The notes below the pieces were generated by a model that saw nothing but the letters and a program-made list of their open reading frames with translations, did no database searches and was not told the DNA's origin. DNA of 63,596 bases, counting the filler, from Octopus bimaculoides (taxonomy: Eukaryota), in assembly GCF_001194135.2 (NCBI RefSeq). It is 8 parts of 5 records of this genome, joined end to end, with 100 filler letters (N's around TTAATTAATTAA, not from the genome) between each part and the next. Parts side by side here need not be neighbours in the genome. Positions count along the whole stretch, not along the records: positions 16,821 to 42,732 come from NC_069004.1; positions 42,833 to 52,761 come from NC_069004.1; 6 more parts are not named here. One strand, 5' to 3'. This document shows, one piece after another, positions 37,466 through 50,341 of the stretch; position 1 is the stretch's first letter; the number at the start of each line of letters is the position of its first letter. The position numbers and the translations under genes were made by a program.

Positions 37466-37706
37466 TGGGCCTACCTCTTCCACGGGTTCCCTCCACACCC
37501 TAACAGTTGAGGGAACCCATGGAAGAGGTAGGCCCAGGAAGACCTGGGCTGAGGTGGTGAGGCAAGACCTTCAAACATTGGGCCTCACCGAGGCGATGAC
37601 TACTGACCGAGACCTTTGGAAATGTGCTGTGCGTGAGAAGACCCGGCAAGCCAAGTGAGATCGTTGCCAGTGCCCCTGGACTGGCTCTTGTGCGGGTGGC
37701 ACATAA
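37466..37706 (+). mobile_element. 5'-truncated RTE LINE 3' end
   Basis: HTLTVEGTHGRGRPRKTWAEVVRQDLQTLGLTEAMTTDRDLWKCAVREKTRQAK*, followed directly by the gatcgttgccag 3' UTR unit. Confidence 0.88.
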
Positions 37707-39304
37707 NNNNNNNNNNNNNNNNNNNNNNNNNNNNNNNNNNNNNNNNNNNNNNNNNNNNNNNNNNNNNNNNNNNNNNNNNNNNNNNNNNNNNNNNNNNNNN
37801 NNNNNNNNNNNNNNNNNNNNNNNNNNNNNNNNNNNNNNNNNNNNNNNNNNNNNNNNNNNNNNNNNNNNNNNNNNNNNNNNNNNNNNNNNNNNNNNNNNNN
37901 NNNNNNNNNNNNNNNNNNNNNNNNNNNNNNNNNNNNNNNNNNNNNNNNNNNNNNNNNNNNNNNNNNNNNNNNNNNNNNNNNNNNNNNNNNNNNNNNNNNN
38001 NNNNNNNNNNNNNNNNNNNNNNNNNNNNNNNNNNNNNNNNNNNNNNNNNNNNNNNNNNNNNNNNNNNNNNNNNNNNNNNNNNNNNNNNNNNNNNNNNNNN
38101 NNNNNNNNNNNNNNNNNNNNNNNNNNNNNNNNNNNNNNNNNNNNNNNNNNNNNNNNTTTATTGAGGGAAAACACCTAAAGTTCCACGAGGCTCCGGCAGG
38201 GGATGGTGGCGAACCCTGCTGTACTCTTCCACCACAACTTTCTCTCACTCTTACTTCCTGTTTCTGTTGTACCTGTAATTCAAAGGGTCAGCCTTGTCAC
38301 ACTGTGTCACGCTGAATATCCTCGAGAACTATGTTAAGGGTACACGTGTCTGTGGAGTGCTCAGCCACTTGCATGTTAATTTCACGAGCAGGCTGTTCCG
38401 TTGATCGGATCAACTGGAACCCTCAACGTCGTAAGCGACGGAGTGCCAACAACAAATGTATGTATGTATGTATCTATGTATGTATGTATGACGATGATGA
38501 TGATATACTGGTGTTTGGAACATAAATCAACTTAAAATTTTGATGAACGGTTTTTATTTAGATTACTTTAAAACATAGAACCAGGAGTGGTTTCAGGTGG
38601 GTTAGAATTAAAAGGATTAGAGTAATCTTGACATATCGTGTCTGAATAAAAGACAGAATGATTCTAGATGGAATACTTTTGATCAGAGACCTGATCCAGG
38701 TTAAAGCTGCAGTACGCATTCCTCGAATCTTGGAAAGCCAAAGAAAGTTCTTGGTATTGTCCCTACCCATCAGACAATTACCTACAAATGGAGAGGGGGG
38801 AAAATCTACCTGTCATTAACACATGGTCTTATATAATATCTTCCCAAAGGGTTTTACAATTCTAGCAAGGATAACTGGCCATAAAAACTGTCCTGATCCA
38901 ATCAATAAGTTCTTCAAGGCCTACCCTTCCCCAACTTCACCTGAGTTCATGATGAAGGCCAGCATGTGATTATTACAGTATGGAGGTTGATATAATTGTT
39001 CTGACGTCTCAAACCTATAGTGAGATGCTGTCGGTGTTCAGAGTCGGAGTGACTGTGGTTGTAGTAGTTGTTGTTGTGGTGGTGGTGGTGGTGGAAGTTA
39101 TAGTGTTGTTATTGATGATGATGATGGCGGTGGTGGTGGTAATGGTGGTGGGTGACAATGGTAAGGAGCTGGGTGGTGTTTTTGCCTACTGTCCATAAAA
39201 ACTGATAATGTTTCAACAGGAGTGATAATGATGATTGGGTTCTCCCATTTTTGTTTGAAATTAGCTTCTTTCTAGCTCTTTTGGTTTTAAAGAGAGACAT
39301 GCAC

Positions 39305-39348
<44 letters not shown>

Positions 39349-39681
39349 CAAACGCAGGCACATTCATACATATGTAGACATACAAACATTTTCTCATTAT
39401 TCAATCACACACAGTTACATACATGTGTAGACACACAAACATTCTCTCATTACACACATATACACACATGTATGCACTGCACTTTTACAATGCTTCTACA
39501 CAGTCTCTCTCTCTCTCTTTCTTTCTCTCTGCCTTATACAAACATGTCCTCACTATACATACATGCCTTCTATCTCTCTCATGCACCAGATACAACACAC
39601 ATTCTTTACATTTATATTTCTTATGTTCTCTCTCTTTTTCTCACACACACATTCATACACTATTACACTCACTCACATACA

Positions 39682-39716
<35 letters not shown>

Positions 39717-39820
39717 TTACACATATTTTCAAATACATGAAGGCCAAAGAAAAGACGTAAGCAGATGAGATGAAAAGTATGGTGACACAAATGAAGGAAA
39801 TACTTAATTGTTGAAATGTC

Positions 39821-40210
39821 TTTTACTCTTTTACTTGTTTCAGTCATTTGACTGAGGCCATGCTGGAGCACCGCCTTTAGTCGAGCAATCCCAGGACTTA
39901 TTCTTTGTAAGCCTAGTATTTATTCTATTGGTCTCTTTTGCTGAACCGCTAAGTTACGGGGACGTAAACACATCAGCATCGGTTGTCAAGCGATGTTGAA
40001 GGGACAAACACTGACACACAAACACACACATAAATATACATATATACGACGGGCTTCTTTCAGTTTCTGTCTACCAAATCCACTCACAAGGCTTTGGTCG
40101 GCCCGAGGCTATAGTAGAAGACACTTGCCCAAGATGCCACGCAGTGGGACTGAACCCGGAATCATGTGGTTCGTAAGCAAGCTATTTACTACACAGCCAC
40201 TCCTACATCT
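39821..40210 (-). mobile_element. SINE family B, full length
   Basis: Reverse of the copy at 41539-41915, with an internal (CA)n/(TA)n tract. Confidence 0.88.
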
Positions 40211-40332
40211 ACCCTGTGTATAAGAAAAAAACAAAAATGAAACATGTAAACAGAATAGAAAAAGATTCTTTAAAATGGCCACTACACACTAAATTGTGTA
40301 CCTTACTATAAAATATCTCAAAGAAGCCCGTC

Positions 40333-40382
<50 letters not shown>

Positions 40383-40607
40383 ATGTATGTGTGTGTATAT
40401 GTTTGTGTGTCTGTGTTTGTCCCCCCAACATCGCTTGACAACCGATGCTGGTGTGCTTACATCCCCATAACTGAGCGCTTCGGCAAAGAGACCGATAGAA
40501 TAAGTACTAGGCTTACAAAGAATAAGTCCTGAGGTCGATTTCCATGACTAAAGGCGGTGCTCCAGCATGGCCACAGTCAAATGACTTAAAGAAGTAAAAG
40601 AGTAAAA

Positions 40608-41498
40608 GAGGGTGTTCAGATTAAATGTGATGATTTTTCTATATTTCCTTTGCTCATGATCAGTTTGATGTATTGGTAAACAGTGAATGGTGTTGGAGAG
40701 CACAAAGGCTAAAGTTGTAGTTAAGAAAAAAGTTTGCTAACATGGTGGACTAGAAACTATATGAATATTGGAAAAGAGTTACCTATATTATGATGATTCA
40801 TACTGGGTATAAAGATGCCAACAGCACGACTGTTTCTTTCAATGTTCTGTGGACACGGTAAAAGCTGTAAGATGGAACATGGTCAGTAGTAACGGAAACT
40901 ATGAAATTGTGGTCAGCAGGAAGGGAAACAACAAGCATTCTGACTGTGCCTGTATGCCATTATTCATCCAGTAACTGATGAACAGGGTGTGAAGCTGCTG
41001 GAAATTGTGGTCAAACCCCAACTGGAGAGGTTTGCTGCTCAAAGTCCATATGTGTGGCAGTGGGATTCAACTCTTTCTCATACCTACAGAAAGAGCCAGA
41101 AGTAGTAGTTAGAGAATTTCTATGACTTCATCAAGCCCTATTTCTGACCTCCTAATCCCCCCAAATGTGATCCTATGGATTATTATATGTGTGTGGCACA
41201 GTTGAGAAGGATACTGGCCACACTGCCTACAACACCAAGCCTGAGTTAGTGGCCAGGGTCAAGGAGGAGTTTGAACATCTTACCCAAGGACACAGTGAAG
41301 AATGGACACAATGAGTTCTGGAGCCATCTTAAGGTTGTAGCAGAAAATGGGGGCAGCTACTTTGAGTAAAATGTTACCTCCTCACCATAATTTAGTTGAT
41401 ATTTAAAATTTTTTTTTAAATACTTTCATTTTTGGATGGGATATTGTGTTTACCTTTCTTTTTATGCAAACTGTCAAATTTAGCCCAAACATCCTGTA
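40608..41498 (+). mobile_element. Tc1/mariner (maT-like) element, internally deleted, both TIRs present
   Basis: LLEIVVKP.LER.AAQSPYVWQWDS..SH...SQK...ENFYDF...*PPNPP.CDPMDYY...GSYFE*. 5' agggtgttcagattaaatgtga; 3' tcaaatttagcccaaacatcctg followed by TA at 41497-98. Confidence 0.75.
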
Positions 41499-41538
41499 TA
41501 CACACACATATGTGCATGTATATGTACATTTGTAAATA

Positions 41539-41915
41539 TAGGTGTAGGAGTGGCTGTGTAGTAAGTAGCTTGCTTACCAACCACATGGTTCCAGGTTCAG
41601 TCCCACTGTGTGGCACCTTGGGCAAGTGTCTTCTACTACAGCCTCGGGCCGACCAAAGCCTTGTGAGTGGATTTGGTTGACGGAAACTGAAAGAAGCCCG
41701 TCGTATATATATATATATATATATATATGTTTGTGTGTCTGTGTTTTTCGCCCAACATCGCTTGACAACCGAACTTAGCGGTTCGGCAAAAGCGACTAAT
41801 AGAATAAGAACTAGGCTTACAAAGAATAAGTCCTGGGGTCGATTTGCTCGACTAAAGGCGGTGCTCCAGCATGGCCACAGTCAAATGACTGAAACAAGTA
41901 AAAGAGTAAAAGAGT
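41539..41915 (+). mobile_element. SINE family B, full length
   Basis: A-box tggctgtgtagtaag, B-box ggttcagtccc, ccttgggcaagtgtcttctact core, (TA)n, tail ending (aaagagt)n. Confidence 0.9.
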
Positions 41916-41944
41916 GTATGTGTGCATGTATGCATCGACATGTT

Positions 41945-42118
41945 GGACCACTGAACTCAACATGTTTTTAGCATTCTCTATTTATTTCCTCTTGTTCTTT
42001 TCTGTTGAGGAGCATAAGCTTGAAACTTGAAAGGCTTTTCCATTTCTCCCAAGCATCAATACACTTGCTTGTTGTTCCTACACTTGTCTTTGTCTTTGAT
42101 TTTCTATAAATTTGAACA
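41945..42118 (+). mobile_element. Decayed copy of the hammerhead-like unit at 50092
   Basis: gaccact...tttatttcctc...ttttctgttgaggagcataagcttgaaacttgaaagg...tgtcttt...taaatttgaac aligns by eye with 50092-50280. Confidence 0.65.
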
Positions 42119-42401
42119 ATATATATGTATGGAAAGAGAGACAGAGCCTGCATTTTATGTGTGTGTGTATGCATATCTTGTACATATATTTGTGTATATG
42201 TGTGTACTTGTATGTGTGTTTCTATCTGTGTATGCATTTGTATATGTCCGTGTTGTGCTTAACCTAAATGAAATGACGTAACTAAGAAATCTGTTTATTC
42301 AAATGATTGTAGATAGCACAAACAAAAATGGGGGGGAAAAGAGATTATGTTTAGAGTATATAGTCCAGATAAGATTACACACATATATATGTGTGTGTGT
42401 G

Positions 42402-42466
<65 letters not shown>

Positions 42467-42651
42467 ACATATGTACTTGTATATATATGTATACATATAT
42501 ATATGTATACATATATATATGTATACATATATATGTGTATACATATGTATATGTATACATATGTATTTGTATACATGTATATATATATGTATATGTATAC
42601 ATATGTATGTATATATGTATACATATGTATATATATATGTATATATATATG

Positions 42652-42682
<31 letters not shown>

Positions 42683-42933
42683 GTATATATATATATGTAT
42701 ATATATATATGTATATATATATATGTATATATNNNNNNNNNNNNNNNNNNNNNNNNNNNNNNNNNNNNNNNNNNNNTTAATTAATTAANNNNNNNNNNNN
42801 NNNNNNNNNNNNNNNNNNNNNNNNNNNNNNNNTATTACTGTCACTTCATCTAGCTCCAATCACATGAGTCGGTGGATGATTAATTAACCGTCTGTGAAAC
42901 ACGATTTTAATAGGAGTTAATATAGCTTCAAAT

Positions 42934-43165
42934 TAAGGCGGCGAGCTGGCAGAATCGTTAACACGTCGGACAAAATGCTTAGCGGCATTTCGTCCGTCTT
43001 TACGTTCTGAGTTCAAATTCCGCCAAGGTCGACTTTGCTTCTCATTTTTTGGGTGGGGGGTGGGGCACAAAATAAGTACGAGTTAAGCTCTGGGATCGAT
43101 CTAATCGACTTAACTCCACCCCTTCCTCTGAAATATCTGCTCTTGTGCCAAAATTTGAAACCAAT
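42934..43165 (+). mobile_element. SINE family A copy
   Basis: taaggcggcgagctggcagaatcg...gagttcaaattccgccaaggtcgactttgc. Confidence 0.85.
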
Positions 43166-43419
43166 ATAATTTCAAATACCTAGTTTTAACATACATAAAC
43201 TGCATCATCGATGATTGATCGTAAAGCTTTAAAGGAGTGACAAAATCTTTAAAGAATGGTACAGAAGATCTCGAAAGTTCTGAATAAGTGGTTTACAGGA
43301 TCACAAATTAACCAGCAATTAAATATGCATCTTTAATAGACGTATATCTGATTTTAAAGTCTCGATTATAATATATATAAGCAAAATCAATGACAGTTGG
43401 TCAAAACTTTAGACTCCAA

Positions 43420-43682
43420 AGCCGTTGTTCTCAATTGAGGTCTATATGGCCCTTGCGAGTTCGTATAAGATTTCATTCTTAAAACTTATACAAAATAAAT
43501 TGGTTATGCTTCTACTATACGCAAAATATTTCAACAAATTTTTTGTACATTTCTTAATAATATTCAATTATAAATATTCAACGAGGTTTCTTGTAGACAT
43601 CGAATGGCTATGGGGATCCACCCAAGTAAATTAAGAATCAAAGGCATCCATAAGTACGAAATGGTTGAGGAACATTGCTCTA
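43420..43682. mobile_element. hAT-like MITE (degenerate)
   Basis: Termini gccgttgttctcaa / ttgaggaacattgct resemble cagtggttctcaac-type TIRs. A similar element lies at ~52943-53268. Confidence 0.45.
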
Positions 43683-44188
43683 AAGGAAGTTAATTTTATG
43701 TCGAAAGTTCTGATTGAGCGGAGTATAAGATGCACATTAGGTAGGAGTTAAACACACTTCTTTAATAAAGTTGTACATGACTTCAGACCTTGAATATCAT
43801 TGATAAGGCGGCAAGCAGGCAGAATCGTGAGCATGTCGAACAACAAGCACAGTGACACTTCATTTGTCTACGATAGGAAACCCCACCTTTCATCCCTTCT
43901 GGGTCGATAAGATAAAGTACCAGTCAAATACTGAGGTCGAAATAATCGATTTGCCCCACTCTACTCAAAATTGCTAGCTTTGAGTCCTCGAAAGGGGGAT
44001 CGTTGTCATGCCATGGAAAGCAGCCTTATGAACTCTGGGGCTCAACGAAAAGAGTCGGTGGAATTCTGGTTTAAGCAGCCCCATATAATCCATCTCATAA
44101 CTTTAAAAAAAATTGGTGGGGAATTTTCAGAAAATATTTGCGAATTTGTGTTCTGCACTCAAAAATTCATACAATTATGCAAAAAAGA

Positions 44189-44236
<48 letters not shown>

Positions 44237-45402
44237 NNNNNNNNNNNNNNNNNNNNNNNNNNNNNNNNNNNNNNNNNNNNNNNNNNNNNNNNNNNNNNNN
44301 NNNNNNNNNNNNNNNNNNNNNNNNNNNNNNNNNNNNNNNNNNNNNNNNNNNNNNNNNNNNNNNNNNNNNNNNNNNNNNNNNNNNNNNNNNNNNNNNNNNN
44401 NNNNNNNNNNNNNNNNTAATAAAAACATTTGATGGAATGATGATACATCTAAGGGTAATCCATTGTTGGGATTTAAGCAAAAAAAGAATTCGTATTTTAA
44501 AATCTGATTTTAAAATATTCGTAAAAGTGTAGAATTTTTCGAATTTATGGAGAAGAGTTTAAGAAAAACTTTTCATAATCCAATGAATTCCTTTGCGTAG
44601 CACACAGATTCGGAAGACTTTTCTGAAAATTCCAAAAAGTAAGCTGTGAGGGGGTTATATGGGGGTACTTAAACCAGAATTCCGCCAAAACGTAACCATG
44701 ATACATTATCGCACAAACTGTAAAGGAAGGTAAATAAATATGGCATTAAGGTTGTAGCTGAGCTGTGTATAAGATGAAGGGATGTAAAGACCTTTGCAAA
44801 AGCAAATTAATTGTTGTTTGTTAATATTAGTATTGTTGGTAGTAGCGGGGGCTATGGAGGCGTGAATGGATGTTTGTGATGGTTTAGTGTTTGTGGGGGT
44901 GATGGCGGTGTTAATAATTTCTTACGTAGGTATAAAGGCTCGAATTTGGCAGAGAGTCTTAGCCAATTAAATCGACTACAGTATATGACTGATATTGTAT
45001 TAAAATCGACCTTGGAAGGATGCAATCAGTTTTGGTTTCAGTAGGATTTGAATTCAGATTGTAAAGAATTGTAATTAAACACCGCAGAGATATTTAACCG
45101 ACACTTTGACGACTCTGCCAAATCACCGGCATAGATATTGGTGGACTTAATAATGAATTTTCATAATTAGGTAATTGTGTTTTTGTGGTGGTTTAGATCG
45201 AGGTAGACTCCGGCTGAATAGACTTATAATTGAAGTCGAATAGTCTTATCGTATAGCCTAGAAAGGACTTATGTAGTTCTCTCCATCTATTTTTAAGTCG
45301 GAAAGGTATGATTTGAGGGAAATTTGGCTGCTATATGTGGAAGGTCAGCCGAACATTAAAAAGACCCCTTGTTAGCTCATTATAGTAGTGCTGATGGTAA
45401 TA

Positions 45403-45419
<17 letters not shown>

Positions 45420-45441
<22 letters not shown>

Positions 45442-45750
45442 GATGGGCTTCCATGTAGTTTCCCTCAAAAAACTTCACTTGGTCCTTTTTACTGAACCAC
45501 TTAGTTAACGGAACGTAAACAAACCAACACCGGTTGTCAAGCAGTGGGTAAAACAGAGGCACAAAGACACACACACACAAAAAATATATGTATACACATG
45601 AGTACGGGCTTCCACGCAGTTTCCGTCTGTCAAATTCTCTCACAAGGCATTGGTCGTCCTGGAGTTACTACTACAATAGAAGAGACTAGCGCAAGGGCCT
45701 AAACCCGAAACCTTGCGGTTGCAGAGCGGGCTTCTTAACCATATGGCCAT
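45420..45750 (-). mobile_element. SINE family B, degenerate
   Basis: Reverse tail and head segments separated by (CA)n. Confidence 0.65.
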
Positions 45751-47844
45751 GGATTCGCCCATGATAAGCAAAATAACTTAACCTCTACAAATCCGTGAGC
45801 TCAGTTGTACCTCTCGGCTCGGATCCTTATTTGGTTGAGAAAGAGATTCAACCGCTGAGCTGTTGATTTTCAGGTTTTATTTTGTGGTTGCACCGTCAAT
45901 AGCAACTGAACTCTGCATTGCCTTACTACTCTACTAAGCAATACAAAGATGCAACTGTCAGTAAACAACATCTCTCTCATAACATATATCTGATGTTGGT
46001 CTTAGCTTTGACATACGATACCTGAAACACCGCGCACCTTAAATCCACTCATTAATATGCAAATATACACGTGTACAAGTATACACGGATACTAGAATAT
46101 AGGTATTCAAGAACACTCGAGTTTAGGTATATAAGAACACACATATGCAAACAGATTTGCCAAACACACCTTAAACTTATATGCAAGTATACACATGTAC
46201 AAGTATACACGAATAGAAGAATATAGGTATTCAAGAATACAAGAATATTATAGGTATACAAGAATACAAGTATGCAAGTTTACACACATAGATACACGCA
46301 AATGCAAGTCTTTGCATAGAGTTAGTTATACGTATATGCTTTGTCATATAAACGCATACATGCAAACACATTCCGAAATGCACACGCAAACACACATACA
46401 CCAAAACTATTGAGAAATACATATTCTTCCAAACACACACACACACACTCACACTCATATTAACACGCACGCACACACACACACACATACTCACAAACAC
46501 ACGGACACAGACACCCACATACACATAGATACGCATACATGCATACACACATTTTACATGTATTCGCATATACACGAATACTTAGATTTAGTCATACACA
46601 AGTGGATATAGCTGCCTAGCAAACAAACCCAAACATTATTTCATTTTATACGCAAATTCATGCATTCCTATAATCCTATTTATATACATGTATACATGCA
46701 TACTAATACACACACACACATAAACACACACCACACACACATACGTACACGCACGTACGCACGCTCACACGCGCGCGCACACATTATAGAATCAAACACA
46801 CGCACCGACATATATATTCGTATCCACGGACAACCACTGACACATTCACACGCTCTCCAAATCCTTATACAGTCTGGCGTGATCATATGCCTCACCACTT
46901 AAGCTAACTTAGAAACATATATTATCCTATTGCATATACCAAAGCACGCATACGCAGAACCCTAATGAGAAATGCATGTGAGATTCATGTAATGTATGTG
47001 AGATTCATTCGGACATAAATCCCTACCTATGCACAAATACGTGTTCATATATATATATACTTACACACACACACACACATTTATAAATAGTCGTAATGGT
47101 GTGTATAGATCACCATACAAATGCATGTAGAAATACATGTATGTCGACGACTACACAACTGTACACATACGTGAAAGCTTATTCAGAAATACATACATAC
47201 ATACATACATACATACATACACATATGTGTGTATGTGTCTGTGTATTTATATATGTATTTCACGTACATACGCATCAGCAAACTCGTATCTACACACAAA
47301 TGCATGGATATGAGCACACAAGCATGCATACGCACACATACACACACACGTTTATACTAGAAGAACAAAACAATGATGAGGTCTATTATAGGCAATTTTC
47401 TTGATAATTTTCGTATATTACACCCTGGGGGTGAGCCATTTGTCCATGGAATATAGTTTCTGCCTGGCGCATCTAAGATGGCGTCAACGTCAATGATTTT
47501 CCAGCGCTCAATAAACGAAGCGCTCTATTTTGATCTGAAGCAATATTTTTTTTTCAAAGCATCCCTTAATATATTTACATATTGCTTATACATTTTCCCT
47601 TGTAAGTATTGTCTTTCAGTGGAAAGAGCAATAATAACAACAACAACAACAACAACAACGTCTATAACAACATTGTTAACAATAGTGACACCACCAACAA
47701 CAGCGACAGCATTTTTTCTGCAGAAATATCAAAACACACATTGTAAGATTGTACGTAGCAGAATAAGGAGTATCCGCTATGGCGACCGACGTTGTTGTCA
47801 TTAATACAAAGAGCCAGACTTGGGTGAGGTGGCAGTAGTCGTAC

Positions 47845-47891
<47 letters not shown>

Positions 47892-50091
47892 CTTCTTGGA
47901 TTGCCTTAAGGAATACAAGTGATATAGAGGGACAAACATGCGATTGTTGTATGGTATCATTGTATGACTGGTACTTATTTGGCACCTGACTCTAGACAAG
48001 GAAGAAGTTATAGCATAACAGAATGTGACGAAATACAAGAGTGCGAGGCACGTAGAAGTGGTGTTCTACTGATTTCTCCCTTCAACCGGAATATCCCTAA
48101 TAATGATTTTCCAGTTGATAACAAAGCGAGAAAAGGATCAGAGAAGGGTGTTTTAATCTATTTGTTTTTGCCTGTTTTATCAACTCCTCGACAAATGGGG
48201 TTTGAATCTAGCTTAATAATTTATTCTTATTTAGGTACAAGGCTAATAATTATCTTTTATCGACCCCGAAAGAATGAAAGGCAAAGTTTACCTCGGTGGA
48301 ATATGAACTAAGAACATAAAGAGCAGGCAGAAATATCAAATTAAATCTACGTAAACCCATTATGAGCAACTGCACTATTATTTACTTGTGATCAGTAGAG
48401 TATATATGACTCAATTGTAGCCTTGTATGATAAATAGGGTTCAAAATTTAGAACAGAGGCAAAATAGTTTTCCGAAATACACTGCACAAGTAAAAGTTCA
48501 ACTAGAAAGCAAACAACGAAATTAAATCCCTTGGTCAGAGATAGTAAAATCAAACTTTTGAGGACAATACACAAACTAAAACTAAATTCTTTCCTGCCCA
48601 TCACAGAGGAAGAGTCACGTTTTTTTTACCGAACATTACACAGTAAAACCAATTTTCCCCACACGTTAGACAAGAAAGCCAAATAATTGGCAACGATATA
48701 GAAAATCAAATCTTTGGTCAGAAGCAATCAAGCTTTGGCCGCAAAATCCCAAGTTTGTATTCACAAGTTACATAAACCGAAATTTTCAGTCGGAAAAGTT
48801 AGAGTCAATTCTTGTTCTCGGGCACAAATCGCATAACAGAAGAAAATTTCAGGAAATAATTCCTAGAGCGAAACCAAATTTACGGATACAAAACAAACAT
48901 AACAAAGGTTTCCACAAACAATCCCGAACTCTTGGCTGTGTTTTTCAATATGAAAAATGAAGAGGGAATAATGTTGAAATATAATCATTTGGATATAATT
49001 ATCATTTTATCAACATCAGTACATGGTGACAAATTTGAAAGGGAAGAATGGTTCGAATCCGCTACATAACTGAAAAAACATTTACCGATCCCTGGGGAGG
49101 GAAAGAGAGAAATATTTTGCCCAATGAAGATTTGGGCACAGTTGTTAAAACTATTATTTATGTGCAATTTTATTTATCTAAAATAATCTCTCGTTTTAGA
49201 AACCAATTGACTAAATTCAAATATTAAACGATGCTTGTATTCCTTGCAGGGGAAATTACCGTATTATTATTTTAAGATCCAATCCCTTTCTAACTGTGGT
49301 TTCCTTGATAAAAGCGTATGTATCCGTTTACGTCCAGTAACCAATTGTTAGAAGTTCAAGAGCTGCAAACAAAATCTGATTCAGACTGAAGCTGAAATTA
49401 CTTTCTTGTCAATATCATACATACGGTTTTATTCACTACTTTTAGAGAGAGGGATAGGAAAGGGGAGAAAAGTATGTATTTTTAAAATAAAATATATTTA
49501 GTGAAAAAGTTGGAGATAATAGTAGAAACTTAAACTCTCATATTCTGTATATAAAGTATTTGTAGATAGATATTTTGACTCGTTAAATCTCTTTAGTGCA
49601 GTGATCACTGGACCTTATTATATATGCTCTGGGCTACAAAGCATAAAATTGGAGTGTTTTCAGCTGAACGTCCGATTATTACGGTATTAGCCTCCCTACT
49701 CCATACACCATGAGTTTAGACCTCAGCAGTAGCCAACGTGGTTTACCGTTTATGTACATCCCCGTTCGTATCAGTAATATATTATTTCAGCTCCCAAAAC
49801 TACACTTAACTCTTGAGTGATCACTTAGCAATAGTTTCTTTACATTTGTTTTGTTGTGTTCTGTTTTATTCACTGAAACTAGTAAACGTTTTTAGGTCAA
49901 ACTTGACCAAAATTCTAATTTCTTTATCAGTCTTGCTATTTGAGTGTCAGTTGTGCAGCTGAGGATTGCTCTGCAGCTTACATTTAATGTAATGTTCACA
50001 TTGTTTAAATAAATGAAGTCGCATGAAACGATCGTACTGCATTAACTTTGGATATCCTTGTGGCTTATTTTTGATTATATATATATATGTC

Positions 50092-50277
50092 GCCATGATT
50101 GACCACTAAATCCCCAAGTTTTTTTAATTCTCTCTGTTTATTTCCTCGTGTTGCTTTCTGTTGAAGAGCGTAGGCTCGAAACGTAAAAGACTTTCTCGCT
50201 TTCTCGAGCGTCAAACTAATACACCGGCATGTTGTTTATACACCTGTCTTCGTCTTTTGTTCTTCTGTAAATTTCAA

Positions 50278-50280
<3 letters not shown>
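50092..50280 (+). mobile_element. ~190-bp microsatellite-flanked unit carrying a hammerhead-like motif
   Basis: Lies between (TA)n and (CA)n; contains cttt-CTGTTGA-a-gagc-gtag-gctc-GAAA-c-gt-A-aaag at 50154-50189. Confidence 0.65.

Positions 50281-50341
<61 letters not shown>

Noticed and set aside
41539-41620. tRNA genes
   Set aside because: A/B boxes belong to SINE heads; no cloverleaf or acceptor stem.
47470-47830. aagATGGCG and gctATGGCG start-like contexts
   Set aside because: No recognisable protein, CpG island or consistent downstream exon.
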